DNA of 64,000 nt from the NCBI GenBank assembly GCA_963826525.1, contig CAWGXH010000004.1, forward strand, positions 672,001-736,000. Direction: 5' to 3'. The translations under genes were made by a program, and so were the position numbers. Each line of letters opens with the position of its first letter. Position 1 is the first letter of the stretch. Origin of the DNA: an uncultured Methanomicrobiaceae archaeon. GTDB lineage: Archaea > Halobacteriota > Methanomicrobia > Methanomicrobiales > Methanoculleaceae. Shown piece by piece: positions 1 to 10,447 of this stretch. The notes under the pieces were generated by a model. It had not been told where the DNA came from, made no database searches, and saw only the letters and a program-made list of their open reading frames with translations.

Positions 1-454
1 AGGGACAAGGGTGGTCTACCCGCTCAAGGAGCGTCCGGTGGTGGGAAATACCGTCTACCGACTTGAGGAGGACGAGCTCGGTGCCGAGGTTCGATGCAAC
101 CCACGCCGCGATCGTGTCGGAGGTGATATCCCAGGAGTGCGGCAGCGGATCGAGCCTCCGGAGAGCACAGTAGGGGAGCAGCACCGTCATCTCTGCGGGG
201 CGCTCAATCGCGTGCGTCGCCGGCACGTTGTGTGACACAATGTACCAGCCGTACTGCTCCATAGCGGCGATCGCCATCCAGTGAGCCGCCGTATCCGAGA
301 GATTGAGCCGCCGCACATGATCCGCGAACCTGCCGCCGCCCGGCACGATCAGCACGGGCCGCCCCGTCGCCCGGATCGTATCGATGACGGCGTCGGTCCG
401 ATCGAAGAGGCTCCCGCCGAGCTTGACGACGATAGGAATGGTCAGCGAGGACAT
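1..454 (-). CDS. Amino-acid-kinase/uridylate-kinase-like protein (MfnE-like, methanofuran pathway candidate); 3' end outside window
   Basis: Manual translation from ATG 454: MSSLTIPIVVKLGGSLF...IVPGGGRFADHVR...AHWMAIAAMEQYG...LPHSWDITSDTIAAW...LLKSVDG. Missing from the ORF track because no stop falls inside the window. Confidence 0.8.
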   Translation of the reverse strand, partial: MSSLTIPIVVKLGGSLFDRTDAVIDTIRATGRPVLIVPGGGRFADHVRRLNLSDTAAHWMAIAAMEQYGWYIVSHNVPATHAIERPAEMTVLLPYCALRRLDPLPHSWDITSDTIAAWVASNLGTELVLLKSVDGISHHRTLLERVDHPCP

Positions 455-495
455 ATCGCCAGATTATAAAACGGGCAGCCTCATAACCTCTCCGC

Positions 496-2166
496 ATGAA
501 GAGGGTTGCCCTCGCCCTGCTCCTCTGCTGCCTCGTCACCACCGCAAGCGGTGTCCTGATAGTCGAGTTCTGTCCCGATCCCTACCAGTCCGGCGATCCC
601 GACGAATACCTGGTGCTTGCAGGGAGCGGCACGCTCGACGGCATTGTGATCACGGACGGCGAGGGCGGATTCCGGTTCCCGCCCGGAGCACGGATCGACG
701 GCAGACTGACCGTCGCCCGGAGCGCGGCAGCATATGCGGAGAGCCACGGCACCCTCCCCGACTACGAACTCTTCGACTACTCGCCGGCCGTACCCGAGGT
801 GCGACGGAGCGACGACCTCCGGATGGCGAATAGCGCGGACGAACTCTTCGTCTACCGCGAAAGCACGCTCATCCAGACTGTTGCCTGGCCTCTGGACGTC
901 CACCCCCGCGAAGGGCAGATCCACTACCTCGAAAACGGTGTCTGGGACAGCCGGCCGCTCCTCATCGGCCAGTCACGGTTCAGTCCCGCGACCTTCGACA
1001 ATGTCGAAGTTACGGCATTCGTCTCGCCGGACTGCGCCCGGGATATCTTCATGGATGCCGTCGCCGCCGCTAATTCGGAGATCCTCGTCAACATTTACGA
1101 GTTCACCGATGCGGGGCTCGCGGAGGGGCTCGTCCGCGCCCGGGCACGCGGGGTGAACGTCACCGTCCTCCTTGAGGGAGGGCCGGTCGGCGGGATATCG
1201 GCCGAGGGGCAGAGCGTCGCCGCGATCCTCAGGGAGGGCGGCATTCCCGTGCTACAGATGACCACCACCGATGCCGCGCATGCGAAGTACCGCTACGACC
1301 ATGCGAAGTACATAGTCATCGACAGGAAAAGAGTTGTCATCGGGAGCGAGAACTACGGATTGAGCGGATTTCCGATAGCGGGAACGAAAGGAAACCGGGG
1401 ATGGGGAGTCTGCCTCGACGACACCGGGCTCGCCGAATACTTCCGGACAGTCTTCCTCTGCGACAGCAGCGGCGGCGATATCGTCCCGCTCGAAGGCTCG
1501 CCGGGAGACGGAGACGCTACCGGAACGATACCTTTTACCCCCGAGTTCACCCCGCTTCGCACGGACGGGGCGCGGGCCACGCCGGTACTCTCCCCGGACA
1601 CGAGTTTTCTGATCACCACGATGCTGGAGAGAGCAGAGCGGACGATCGCTATCGAGCAGGCGTACATCACGAATGAAACGCGCTACGAGCTCAACCCCTT
1701 CCTCGCGGCGGCGATCGACGCCTCCCGGCGGGGTGTCGAGGTGCGGGTGATCCTCGACTCGGCCTGGTTCAATACCGAGGGCGACGCCGACAACGACGAG
1801 ATGGTCGCGATCATCAACCGGGTGGCGTCCACGGAAGGGCTACCGCTCGAGGCGCGCCTGGCTGACCTCGATGGGAACAACCTCGAGAAGATCCACACCA
1901 AAGGTGTCGTCGTCGACGGCCGGTGGGTGCTCGTCAGCAGCATCAACTGGAACGAAAACTCCCCGAACTTCAACCGGGAGGCGGGGGTGATCATCGAAGA
2001 TCCGGCCGTCGCCGCATACTTCATGGGTGTCATGCGAGACGACTGGTATGGTTCTTCACCGGAGAAAAGCGGGGGAGGAGCGGATCTCGATTATGCAAAG
2101 GCCGGTTGTGCCGCCGTTATCGTCGTCGCAATCTTGGCTCTCTACTGGTACCGTCACCGGCGGTGA
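496..2166 (+). CDS. Secreted, membrane-anchored phospholipase D-family protein (two HKD motifs, N-terminal lamin-tail-like domain)
   Basis: Signal peptide; HAKYIVID and HTKGVVVD motifs; C-terminal hydrophobic helix followed by RHRR. Confidence 0.85.
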   Translation: MKRVALALLLCCLVTTASGVLIVEFCPDPYQSGDPDEYLVLAGSGTLDGIVITDGEGGFRFPPGARIDGRLTVARSAAAYAESHGTLPDYELFDYSPAVPEVRRSDDLRMANSADELFVYRESTLIQTVAWPLDVHPREGQIHYLENGVWDSRPLLIGQSRFSPATFDNVEVTAFVSPDCARDIFMDAVAAANSEILVNIYEFTDAGLAEGLVRARARGVNVTVLLEGGPVGGISAEGQSVAAILREGGIPVLQMTTTDAAHAKYRYDHAKYIVIDRKRVVIGSENYGLSGFPIAGTKGNRGWGVCLDDTGLAEYFRTVFLCDSSGGDIVPLEGSPGDGDATGTIPFTPEFTPLRTDGARATPVLSPDTSFLITTMLERAERTIAIEQAYITNETRYELNPFLAAAIDASRRGVEVRVILDSAWFNTEGDADNDEMVAIINRVASTEGLPLEARLADLDGNNLEKIHTKGVVVDGRWVLVSSINWNENSPNFNREAGVIIEDPAVAAYFMGVMRDDWYGSSPEKSGGGADLDYAKAGCAAVIVVAILALYWYRHRR

Positions 2167-2463
2167 ACGGCAGACCGGCAGACATCGCAGATGGTGATCG
2201 TCCCGGTTCCAGAAGCTACGGCGGTCACCCACCTCTCGATGATCTCATCGAGATCCCCGGAGAGGCCGGCATCGGTGTGTCCACGTTTCCGGCTCATGTA
2301 CCTGCGATATCGCCGCCCTGCTGATCCCAAGGCGCTTTGAGACTTCGCTCTGGCTGATGCCCCGCTCGTTGACGAGGCGGTAGACCATCTCGGCCCGCAT
2401 TCGCGGCAGCAGTCTCCGGGCGAGGCTGTCACAGCGCATAATATCACAGGACTGCTCGCTCAT
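2154..2463 (-). CDS. XRE-like HTH transcriptional regulator with C-terminal CxxC (frameshift near 2300)
   Basis: PC-like start, ISQSEVSKRLGISRAAISQ joins YMSRKRG...TICDVC in the adjacent frame. ATGA overlap with the upstream gene. Confidence 0.75.
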
Positions 2464-2693
2464 GCCGTCTGCACCATCCGCGACTCATTATATTCGTAGA
2501 GGATCTGACGTGCATCCCGGAAGTTGAACTTCTCGATGATCATCCCGTTATCCTTCAGTTTCTTCAGCGCATAGCGGACGGTCCGGGGGGCCAGGTTGCT
2601 CAGCCTGACGAGTTCCTTGTGGGTCAGGGCACTTCCATCCTCAAGCAGGACGAGAATCTTCTGTGATGAGGGCGGAAGGTTCACTTCATCCAT
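2460..2693 (-). CDS. Small winged-HTH transcriptional regulator
   Basis: LPPSSQKILVLL...LTHKEL...LAPRTVRYALKKLKDNGMI...NFRDARQ, a typical archaeal wHTH. Confidence 0.85.
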   Translation of the reverse strand: MDEVNLPPSSQKILVLLEDGSALTHKELVRLSNLAPRTVRYALKKLKDNGMIIEKFNFRDARQILYEYNESRMVQTA

Positions 2694-2763
2694 GAGTAGT
2701 AGTTAACGGCGTTAACATATCAAACTGCCGATACTATATCTCCGCGCTGCCATACGCTATTCT

Positions 2764-3129
2764 ATGCTTGAGCGACAGGAACGGACGGCGTTGATCCTGC
2801 TCGTCTCGGTGGTTGCGGTCGTGCTGGCGGCGCACCTGCTCCTCGACACCTTTGCAAAGCCTCTGACCGCATCACCCTACTCGGAGACTGTAGATGACGG
2901 CACACTGGTCATTCTCGAGGGATCGGTCGAGACCGTGAGCAGTACACAGACAGGCGGCCACCTGCTCCTCTCCGTCGCAGGTGTGCCGGTCTTCATTCCT
3001 GCGGGTTCGGCGGCCGGGCTCGATCTTCGGGAGGGCGATTCGGTCTCCGCGTACGGAATCGTGCAGACCTACCGCGGAAAAAGAGAGGTTGTCGTGAACT
3101 CACCGGGCGATATCCGCGTCCTGAAGTAA
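2764..3129 (+). CDS. Membrane-anchored OB-fold protein
   Basis: N-terminal TM helix; V-x-L-E-G-x-V...GDSVSAYGIVQTYRGKREVVV OB-fold pattern. Confidence 0.75.
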   Translation: MLERQERTALILLVSVVAVVLAAHLLLDTFAKPLTASPYSETVDDGTLVILEGSVETVSSTQTGGHLLLSVAGVPVFIPAGSAAGLDLREGDSVSAYGIVQTYRGKREVVVNSPGDIRVLK

Positions 3130-3130
3130 G

Positions 3131-3337
3131 TCACTTCTGCGCAGAGTAGAAAATATCAGCCCCACTGCTCACCCGGAACCTGGGCTTTACAGACGGCGCC
3201 CTCTTCGTCTCCTGCTCACCCTGCTCCAGCTGGTGCGCCTCTTCTGGTGGGGGGGCGGGCTTTTTCTGCCCGGACCTGCGCCCCTCAACGCCGCTGCCCC
3301 CGGCGAGATCGCTGTCGATTATCTTTTCACGCGGCAT
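3131..3337 (-). CDS. Small hypothetical protein
   Basis: Fills the gap with a TATA-like element upstream (about 3360-3366 on the minus strand). No recognisable domain. Confidence 0.4.
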   Translation of the reverse strand: MPREKIIDSDLAGGSGVEGRRSGQKKPAPPPEEAHQLEQGEQETKRAPSVKPRFRVSSGADIFYSAQK

Positions 3338-3469
3338 ACAGGGAGATCATCGGCCCGAGTATAAATGTGTGTGTAAATGCCCCCCCGGAATATCCACTCC
3401 ACAGGCAGGGACGGAACGAAGAAAAGAAGAGGAGGCAGAATCGAATCTGTGATATCGGGTGAGCAGTGG

Positions 3470-3660
3470 ATGAGCACGCCCTTCGAAGACGGACAGGACG
3501 ACGATAGGATATTTCTGATTCTGGCGGCCGCAGAGCGGCTGAAACAGAAGAATGCGGATATCATCCAGGAGATCACCGGACAGGGCTACATGGTTATCGT
3601 CATTACCACCAACCAGCCCTCGACCATTCTCCGCCGGACGTACGTGCAGAACGGTATCCC
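3470..3660 (+). pseudogene. N-terminal fragment of a KaiC/RecA-like inactive-ATPase-family protein
   Basis: MSTPFEDG...IFLIL...QGYMVIVITTNQPSTILRRTYVQNGIP, after which protein-like sequence is lost. Confidence 0.5.
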
Positions 3661-3799
3661 CAACCGGCACCACGGCGTGGGCAATGCTGTACCACATGGC
3701 AAGCTCCGCCGTCTCCCGGTCGGGGTGCAGCAGTTCGCAGAGGAGGGAGGAGTCCATAACCCGCTCGTGCGTAGCGCCGCAGATATCCCGGATAAGCAT
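3655..3799 (-). pseudogene. N-terminal fragment of a cupin-domain protein
   Basis: MLIRDI...RVMDSSLLCELLHP...YSIAHAVVPVGDT; truncated just before the cupin HxH motif. Confidence 0.6.
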
Positions 3800-3984
3800 A
3801 CCTACCCGTCTGCTGCGTGCGCCTAAATAATGCGCTCCCGGGAAACGGCAGGCAGAGGCAGGAGAGGATGTGACCGCGCGCAAACGCACGGCACCCCACG
3901 AGGACTACCCTCTCATACCGGTGCCGGCGGATGCACGGGGAGGATTTCCCTCCATTGCCGTCATCCTGCTCAGATTCAACCGAA

Positions 3985-4273
3985 CCTGCCGTTCTCGGGA
4001 TACATGACTGGCTGATCCCGTATATGGTTCTGCTCGGGACGTTCATTCCGCCGCTCGGCGGGTTATCATGGCTGACTTCTTCTTCAGGCACCAGAAACGG
4101 GTATCCACCACTCTCCTCGGCGCAGGCTCCGTGGAACCCGGCAGGTATCGGTGCGTATACCCTCGGATCGATTATCGCCGCACTGAGCCCAGGCATTCCT
4201 CCGGTGAACGGGATCGTCGCCGCGCTCTTCGCCTACGCCGTTCTCGATCGGATTGTCAGGCACCGGTCACATA
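3985..4273 (+). pseudogene. C-terminal remnant of a cytosine permease (CodB/NCS1)
   Basis: LIPYMVLLGTFIPPLGG / MADFFF / YPPL...WNPAGIGAY...SPGIPPVNGIVAA match the CodB C-terminus; the N-terminal portion is absent. Confidence 0.65.
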
Positions 4274-4779
4274 AACCGTTCGAACCGTTCCCGGGGCACC
4301 CGGCAGATCGGGCAGATCTCCGGCGGGGCATTCCGGGCGCAGAGGTAGCCGCAGACCCGGCACCGCCAGACCGGGTAGGCGAGAGCGGGTGCAAACGCCG
4401 AAGAAGCCTCACGCTTCTCACGCACTTTCTTCCGCTCATGCCGAGGCGGGCGGCGTTCGGGAACCGGTTCGGGCTTCCGCTCACCTGCCCTGATATCGGC
4501 CGAGACGTAGAGGGCGCAGTAGCAAGCACCGTAGTCATGGAGATCAGGGTCGCGATAGTCGCAGGGGCAGATGATATCAAGGTCGTCCTCCCGCCTGCCT
4601 GCGGCGAGCCGGCAGGGGCAGGCGATGTAGCCGTAGCGGTTCCGGTTGACGAGCAGCCCCCGCACGAGCTCGCGGGTGAACTCCTGGTCGGGATTGAGAT
4701 GGTATCCACCTGCCTCCGCTTCAGTGTCGAGATCGTTATAGAAACGATCGACCTCTCTGTCGGTCACGTCATCCGGCAT
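4267..4779 (-). CDS. Ferredoxin:thioredoxin reductase catalytic domain fused to rubredoxin-like domain (ferredoxin:disulfide reductase type)
   Basis: CPCR...ICPCDY...CYCALY FTR motifs; C-terminal WRCRVCGY...CPIC. Confidence 0.92.
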   Translation of the reverse strand: MPDDVTDREVDRFYNDLDTEAEAGGYHLNPDQEFTRELVRGLLVNRNRYGYIACPCRLAAGRREDDLDIICPCDYRDPDLHDYGACYCALYVSADIRAGERKPEPVPERRPPRHERKKVREKREASSAFAPALAYPVWRCRVCGYLCARNAPPEICPICRVPRERFERFM

Positions 4780-5053
4780 GCAGAGCCCCCCGGATCTCAT
4801 CCTCGCGGAACCCCACGATCACCGTCTCGTCGTTGATAACGAGGGTTGGGAACGAACCCCGGGGATTCCACCGTTCCACCTCCGTGAGCGCCTGATCAAA
4901 CTCGTCGCGGTTGACTTTATCGACGTACAGGTAGGAGAATGCAACACCGAGATCGGTGAGGAGCTGCTTGGTTTTGGCGCACCATCCGCAGGTGCTGAGC
5001 GCGTAGAGCATCACCTTCCCCCGGTCCTCTCCGGGCACGTGAACGACGTCCAT
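4769..5053 (-). CDS. Glutaredoxin-like protein (methanoredoxin type)
   Basis: YALSTCGWC redox motif, NPRGSFPT cis-Pro motif, IVGFREDEI; overlaps the FTR-like gene. Confidence 0.9.
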   Translation of the reverse strand: MDVVHVPGEDRGKVMLYALSTCGWCAKTKQLLTDLGVAFSYLYVDKVNRDEFDQALTEVERWNPRGSFPTLVINDETVIVGFREDEIRGALHAG

Positions 5054-5125
5054 GGCAGACCTCCGTACCTGGAGCGCATTAAACTTTCTCCCCGACAGAG
5101 CGGACTGACCTCCACTCCCGGGCTG

Positions 5126-6866
5126 TCAGCAGCCCCGCGGCGTGGAGGGATGGCCATCGGCCGGTTGTAAGGTCAGGACGAACTCCGACACATCCTCACA
5201 CTCTCTGCATTTCAGGTTCGCACCACAGAGCGCAAAGCCCCGCCGGAAGAGGCGCAGCGCACCCTCCGTCTCCGGGACGGGGATCCGGCATCCGGAGTAG
5301 GCGATCCCGATGCGGACACCGGCATCGTCAAGCCCGGTCGCAACCCGGATCTTCCGAACGCCTCCCGAAGCCAGGTGTTCAAGGAGGGCAGCGACGGCAT
5401 CGAAGAGCCGTTCCGGCTCCGCCAGGGCAGGAGGGAGGGGGTCGTGCAGGACGAGGTCGAGGCGGACGTCCTCGAAGAGCGGGAGGTAGGCAAGCCTTGA
5501 GACCAGCGCCTCCCGGTATGCCGCTTCGTCGTCGGCGGCCTCGATAAAGGCCTCGTCCGGGATCGGCGGGCTACAGAGATGCGCAACCAGTGCTCCTCGA
5601 GCAGCGGATTGACAGCGACCCGGGAGAGGGGCTCGTCCATCCCGTACCCGAAGACCGTATTCATAAAATCCGAGAGGAGACGCTCTGTTCGCCGGAGGAG
5701 CGAGGTGTCGACGATATGGTCGAGCCGGTCCTGCTCGAAGAGCGCTCCTATCCGTTGCGTGATCTGCACCGCTTTGAGCACGAGCTGGATCTCTATCTTG
5801 CTGCCTTCTGCAAACTCCGCGACGAACGCAGTGAAGTCAGCCAGGAACTCATCGATACGGTCGGCCTCGATGAGGTTCTGGTACTTCTCCGCCTCCTCTG
5901 CCTCCCCGAGCTCCTCGAGGGTATAGGCGAGCATGTAGAGCCTGCCCGCGATGACGGAGAAGAGCCTGCCCGCTTCGCCGAGGAGATCGATTGCGTGCTC
6001 CCGGGAGGTACCCGGAGGCGATCGGGGGTGAAGGCTCCGATATCCGTCATCTCGGCCGCTTCCCGCTGCAGATTCTCGCAGAGCCTGACGACCGTTGCCG
6101 GCGCCACTGCCCGGCCGTGCCCGGAGCAGCAGAGAGTGAACGGCTTGTTCCGAAGGAGCCAGCAGAGGCGCTCTATCGATGCAGCGAGCGCAGCGGGATC
6201 CCACCCGGCACACCCGGCAATTCCGGGGCCTGTCGAGAAGAGGAGGTCGCTCGTGAAGAGGAACTCGCCGATACCGATACAGATGCTGTCGGGCGTGTGC
6301 CCGGGGGTGTGGTAGACCTCAAGCGCTTCACCGCTGCCGAGTGTGAGGATCTGCCGGTCGAGAAAGATCCCGCCACCGATCGGGATCGAGTCCGTCGAAA
6401 GCGAGATACCGGGATCGATCGTCCACCTGCCCTCGGCCGCCCGGTCGCGGGCGGTGAGCAGGTGGATATCGACGGTACGCGGGAGCATCTCCCAGTGGAA
6501 CATCTCCGCAAGGGTCCTGACCGTATCGCCGCGCTCGAGCGCCCGGGCGCCCTCTTCCTGGGCGGCTATCCGGAAGGGAGCAATCGTACCGAGCTCCGTA
6601 TCCCGGATAACGGCAAGGCAGTGATCGAGGTGGCAGTGCGTCAGAAGGAGGAGAACCGGCCGTGGCCGCGCCGCCACCTCCGCCCGCACCGTCGCGACGA
6701 TCTCCGCCATCTGCCCAGGATCGGCACCGGTATCTATCAGCAGGATCTCGGAAGACGTCCGTATGATATAGGCATTCGAGCAGCAGACGTCGGGTTTGCG
6801 TGTCAGGGGGTAGATCTCGGCGCCGACGCTCCCGGGGATCGGCTGCCACTGCTGGTTTTCAAGCAC
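5126..6866 (-). CDS. MBL-fold metallo-hydrolase fused to a helical region and a degenerate HATPase-like domain (frameshifts near 6010 and 5575)
   Basis: THCHLDH, TPGHTPD and SGHG MBL motifs. Continues in the 5212..6213 frame, then a third frame (EAFIEAADD...LPPALAEPERLFDAVAALL...VRIGIAYSG...FALCGANL) to TGA at 5126. Confidence 0.75.
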
Positions 6867-6968
6867 TCCTTCTCCTCTCCATGCCTGTCTGCCGGAAAAC
6901 AGGTCTCGAATAGACTGTTCGGCGTGGTCTCTTAAAAACTATGATGAAGCAGAAAAGAGAGGTACGGA

Positions 6969-7459
6969 ATGAGCGAAGAAGCAGATACCGAAACGACGAT
7001 GCTCCGGGGCGAGAAGGAGATCCAGGACCAACGGCTGGTCGAGGCCGTGCTCTCTCTAGCACTCGTCTGCAGGATCGGGCTCGCGTACGAGAATCAGCCC
7101 TACGTCGTTCCCATGTGCTTTGTCTGTGCCGGAGACAGCATCTACCTGCACGCCGCCCGTGAAGGGCGGAAGATCGAGATCCTGAAGCGGAACGACGCTG
7201 TCTGTTTCGAGGTTGAGGCGGATGTGGCGACAATCCCCGCCGATGTTGCCTGCGGATGGGGGATGCGCTACCGGAGCGTTATCGGCTTTGGACGGGCGAC
7301 CTTCGTCGATGACCCGGAGGAGAAGGTAGCCGCCCTCGATCTTTTGATGGAGAAGTACTCAGGGCAGGGGAGATGGACGTACCGGACGAGGCCGTCCGCC
7401 GGACGACGATCATCAGGATTGCAATCGAGAGGATGACCGGCAAACAGTCGGGCTTCTGA
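6969..7459 (+). CDS. Pyridoxamine 5'-phosphate oxidase-like FMN-binding protein (NimA-like; frameshift near 7383)
   Basis: CRIGL...PYVVPM...IYLHAAREGRK...VCFEV...YRSVIGFG; the C-terminus IRIAIERMTGKQSGF lies in a shifted frame. Confidence 0.85.
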
Positions 7460-7513
7460 GGAGATTATATATCTGGGCAGACTGAAGGTGGCGGCGTTGC
7501 AGGGAGTGATAGT

Positions 7514-8062
7514 ATGAAACCGAACAGCATCGCACTACTGATCCCGCTCCTCATCCTCTGTATCGGAGCATGCGGCATCGCGACCGCACAATCCCTCACC
7601 GTGGAGGATCTCGGAACCGTCACCGCAGGAGAGACGGTCGTCATCAACGGGACGACGAACCTCGCACCGGGGGACCAGTTGCTAATTACAATCTCGCCGA
7701 CGGCGTTCGGCCCGACAACAAAGAACGAGAGCGCAGGGCAGACCGGGGTATCGGGAACCGTTACGGTACAGCCCGGCGAGGGGCGGAATATATGGTCTTT
7801 CACCGTCGATACAGGCGACCTCGAACCGGGCAGTTACTTCGTAACGGTCGAGTGGATCGAAGGCGACGCCACCGCTACGACGACACTGACGGTGCAGGCG
7901 GCCACGCCTTCACCGACAAACACTGCAACGACTGCGCAGACGCCGATGGCGACCGCCACGACAGCACCGCCCTCACCGACGCCCACGGAGGCCGCCCCGG
8001 CCGTGCCGGTGCTCGCCGTCCTGATAGCCTGCCTCACGACGGCACTCCTGTTGCGGCAGTAG
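7514..8062 (+). CDS. Secreted surface protein with Thr/Pro linker and C-terminal membrane anchor
   Basis: Signal peptide, INGTTNLAPGD Ig-like segment, T/P-rich stalk, hydrophobic tail. Confidence 0.8.
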   Translation: MKPNSIALLIPLLILCIGACGIATAQSLTVEDLGTVTAGETVVINGTTNLAPGDQLLITISPTAFGPTTKNESAGQTGVSGTVTVQPGEGRNIWSFTVDTGDLEPGSYFVTVEWIEGDATATTTLTVQAATPSPTNTATTAQTPMATATTAPPSPTPTEAAPAVPVLAVLIACLTTALLLRQ

Positions 8063-8075
8063 GAGAGACTCTCCG

Positions 8076-9436
8076 TTACCGGCGATCGACAACCCGCTTC
8101 GGCCTTCCGACCGCCCGGGCGAGCTCGAGCCCCCCCTTCGGGATGAAGTGGAAGAGGAGCTTCAGCGCCCCGTCGGCGTAGGCTTCGGCGAGATCGGGCA
8201 CCCGGGAGAGGAGGGCAGCGATGAACCGCTCTTCAATCCCTCTCCGGTCGCAGGCCTCCGGGTCGGTACACTCCATACTCACCCGGAGGACGGTCTCACC
8301 GGCATCCTCTCCCCCGTAGATGAACGCCTCGTACCTCCCCGGTCAGGTCATCCATATTCTCGCGCTGAAAGACGGCGCTCTCCACGTCAACGCGGCCCAG
8401 GGCCACTCCTGCGATCAGGAACGTCTCCGCCTCACGCCGCGGGTAGAAGATCCGCATCGCCGTTCTGCCGCAGGAGCATCGCTCCCGTGACAGGACGACC
8501 GACGTATCCTCGGTGTCGTAGTTGATGAGAAGTGTCCCCGCCTTCTCCCCGACCGGAATGAGCGTTGAGAAGACGAGACGCCCCCACTCCCCGTCGGGGA
8601 CGAACCGCTCCATCCGCGGGTCATAGAGATCGAAGTGCACCAGATCTTCGGGGACGTGAAGGCCGCCCTGGGCGGCACACTCGCCACAGATCGTCCCTTC
8701 GGGTACTCCCGTAGGTATTGTAGACAGGAGAGCCCCATACTTCTGCAAGATATGCTCGTGACTCCGCCGCGAACCCCTCCCCACCGATCACCAGGCGCTC
8801 TATCCCCGACTCCCTGGGATCGAGGCCGTCCGCCTCCAGCCGCCGGGCAAGCCGGAGCAGTTTGAAGATACTCCCGACGATGGCCGTCGGTCGATAACTC
8901 CTGATCACCCTGACCGGGAAGGTGCATTTCCCCTCCGGGATGACGGTGATACCGAGGTTTCTGGCCGCAAGGGTCATCGTATTCGCCCCGACGTTCATCC
9001 CGTACGAGGTGCAGATCACCACCCGGTCGCCGGCGGCAAACCCCTGCGCTACGAAGAACCGCCCGTACTTCTCGGCATACCGTTCCCAGTCTTCCCAGGT
9101 GAGGAAGAAGGATTTGGGCATCCCGCTCGTTCCGCTCGTCTCGTTGATGGTGTACACATCGCTGCAGGCGACGCTCAGGAACCGGAACTCCAGTATCCCT
9201 GGCGGCTGATTCTGCCGGATCGTCTCGCCGGAGATGACCGGCAGATCGAGGAGGTCTTCGTGCGTCCTGACCTCGGTCGGCCGGATCCGGTGCTCACGAA
9301 ACCACCGGCGGTAGAAGGGAGAGTGCTCGGCGGCGTATCCGACGGTATATCGCACCCGCTCGTCGATGAGGGCATCGAGATCTGACCGATCCAGCGCCTC
9401 GACCGCGGGGTTGTAGTAGCGGTGCTCGCGCATCAT
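8076..9436 (-). CDS. ftsA: Coenzyme F390 synthetase (phenylacetate-CoA ligase family); frameshifts near 8700 and 8335
   Basis: SPFYRRWF, ETSGTSG-P-K AMP-binding loop, SYGMNVGANTM, YNTYGS, GLHVPEDLVH, LINYDTED, GRPKRVVDRR. This is the F390 synthetase ftsA, not cell-division FtsA. Confidence 0.85.
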
Positions 9437-9438
9437 GC

Positions 9439-10410
9439 TCACCCGCATCTCCGGCATGATCGGAGAATAAGGTGATGGGTGTGCTCAGCACCGATCGGCA
9501 CCCGCACCAGATAGACCAGCAGGCTGCAGACGAGCAGCGATGCCCCAAGGGCGAGCAGTCCTGTGTGCGAACTGCCGGTCACTCCGGTCAGCCCCCCGAC
9601 GATCGACAGGCCGATGAACCCACCGAGATGTCCGATCGAGTTAATGACGGCGATCCCGACCGCAGCCGTCGCCGGAGCGAGGAAGAGTGCGGGAAGCGTC
9701 CAGAATGGGCCGAAGAAACTGTAGATGCCGATCGTCGTGGCGGTGAGCATGAGCACGGTGAGGAAGGGGTCGGCAACGAGCCCCGAGCCGAGCAAACCCA
9801 GTCCCCCGACGAGGGGGGAGAGCGGCATGGATCCGGCGCGACCAGACAAACATCGCCGCACACCCGGCGACGTAGGGGATCATGGTGACGAGCCCGATCT
9901 CCATGGTGGTGGTCATCGTGACGGAGAACGACCTCACTGTCAGGGGTAGCCAGAATCAGAGGCCGTAGAGGCCGATGATGAGTGCGCAGTAGACCGCCGA
10001 GAGGTGCCAGACCCGCGGTCGGCAAGCATCTCCCGGAGGGTATGCTTCCCTGCTGCCGCACGCCGCCGCCTCTCCCCCCAACAAGCTCGGTGATCAGCCA
10101 GGCCTTCTCCTCGCTATCGAGCCAGGCGACAGTCTCAGATCAGTCGATCAGGTAGAACCAGGTCACGACCCCGAGGAGAATCGGTGGCGCTCCCCAAGCA
10201 CGAAGAGCCACCGCCACCCCTCGATGCCGAACCAACCAGTATTCTCAAGGATCCAGGTCGAGACGGGAAGGGCGGTCATGAAGAGTGCGACCGCCCGGGC
10301 GAGCTCACGCTCCCGGAACCAGAAGGTGATGTAGCCGAGTTGTACGGCGTTCTGCGCCAGCGCCGTGACCATGACGACAGCGCCCCAGGCGATGAGGATA
10401 CGTGCAATTC
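9439..10410 (-). pseudogene. Decayed MFS transporter (anion:cation symporter, TtuB-like)
   Basis: ARILIAWG...YITFWF-RE-ARAVALFM...GIEGWRWLF...FGPFWTLP...AVGIAVINSIGHLGGF. No N-terminus, internal deletions, an in-frame stop near 10141 and frameshifts. Confidence 0.75.
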
Positions 10411-10447
10411 ATACCCGGGGAGCGGAAAAACTCGCAGGTAAAAGAGA

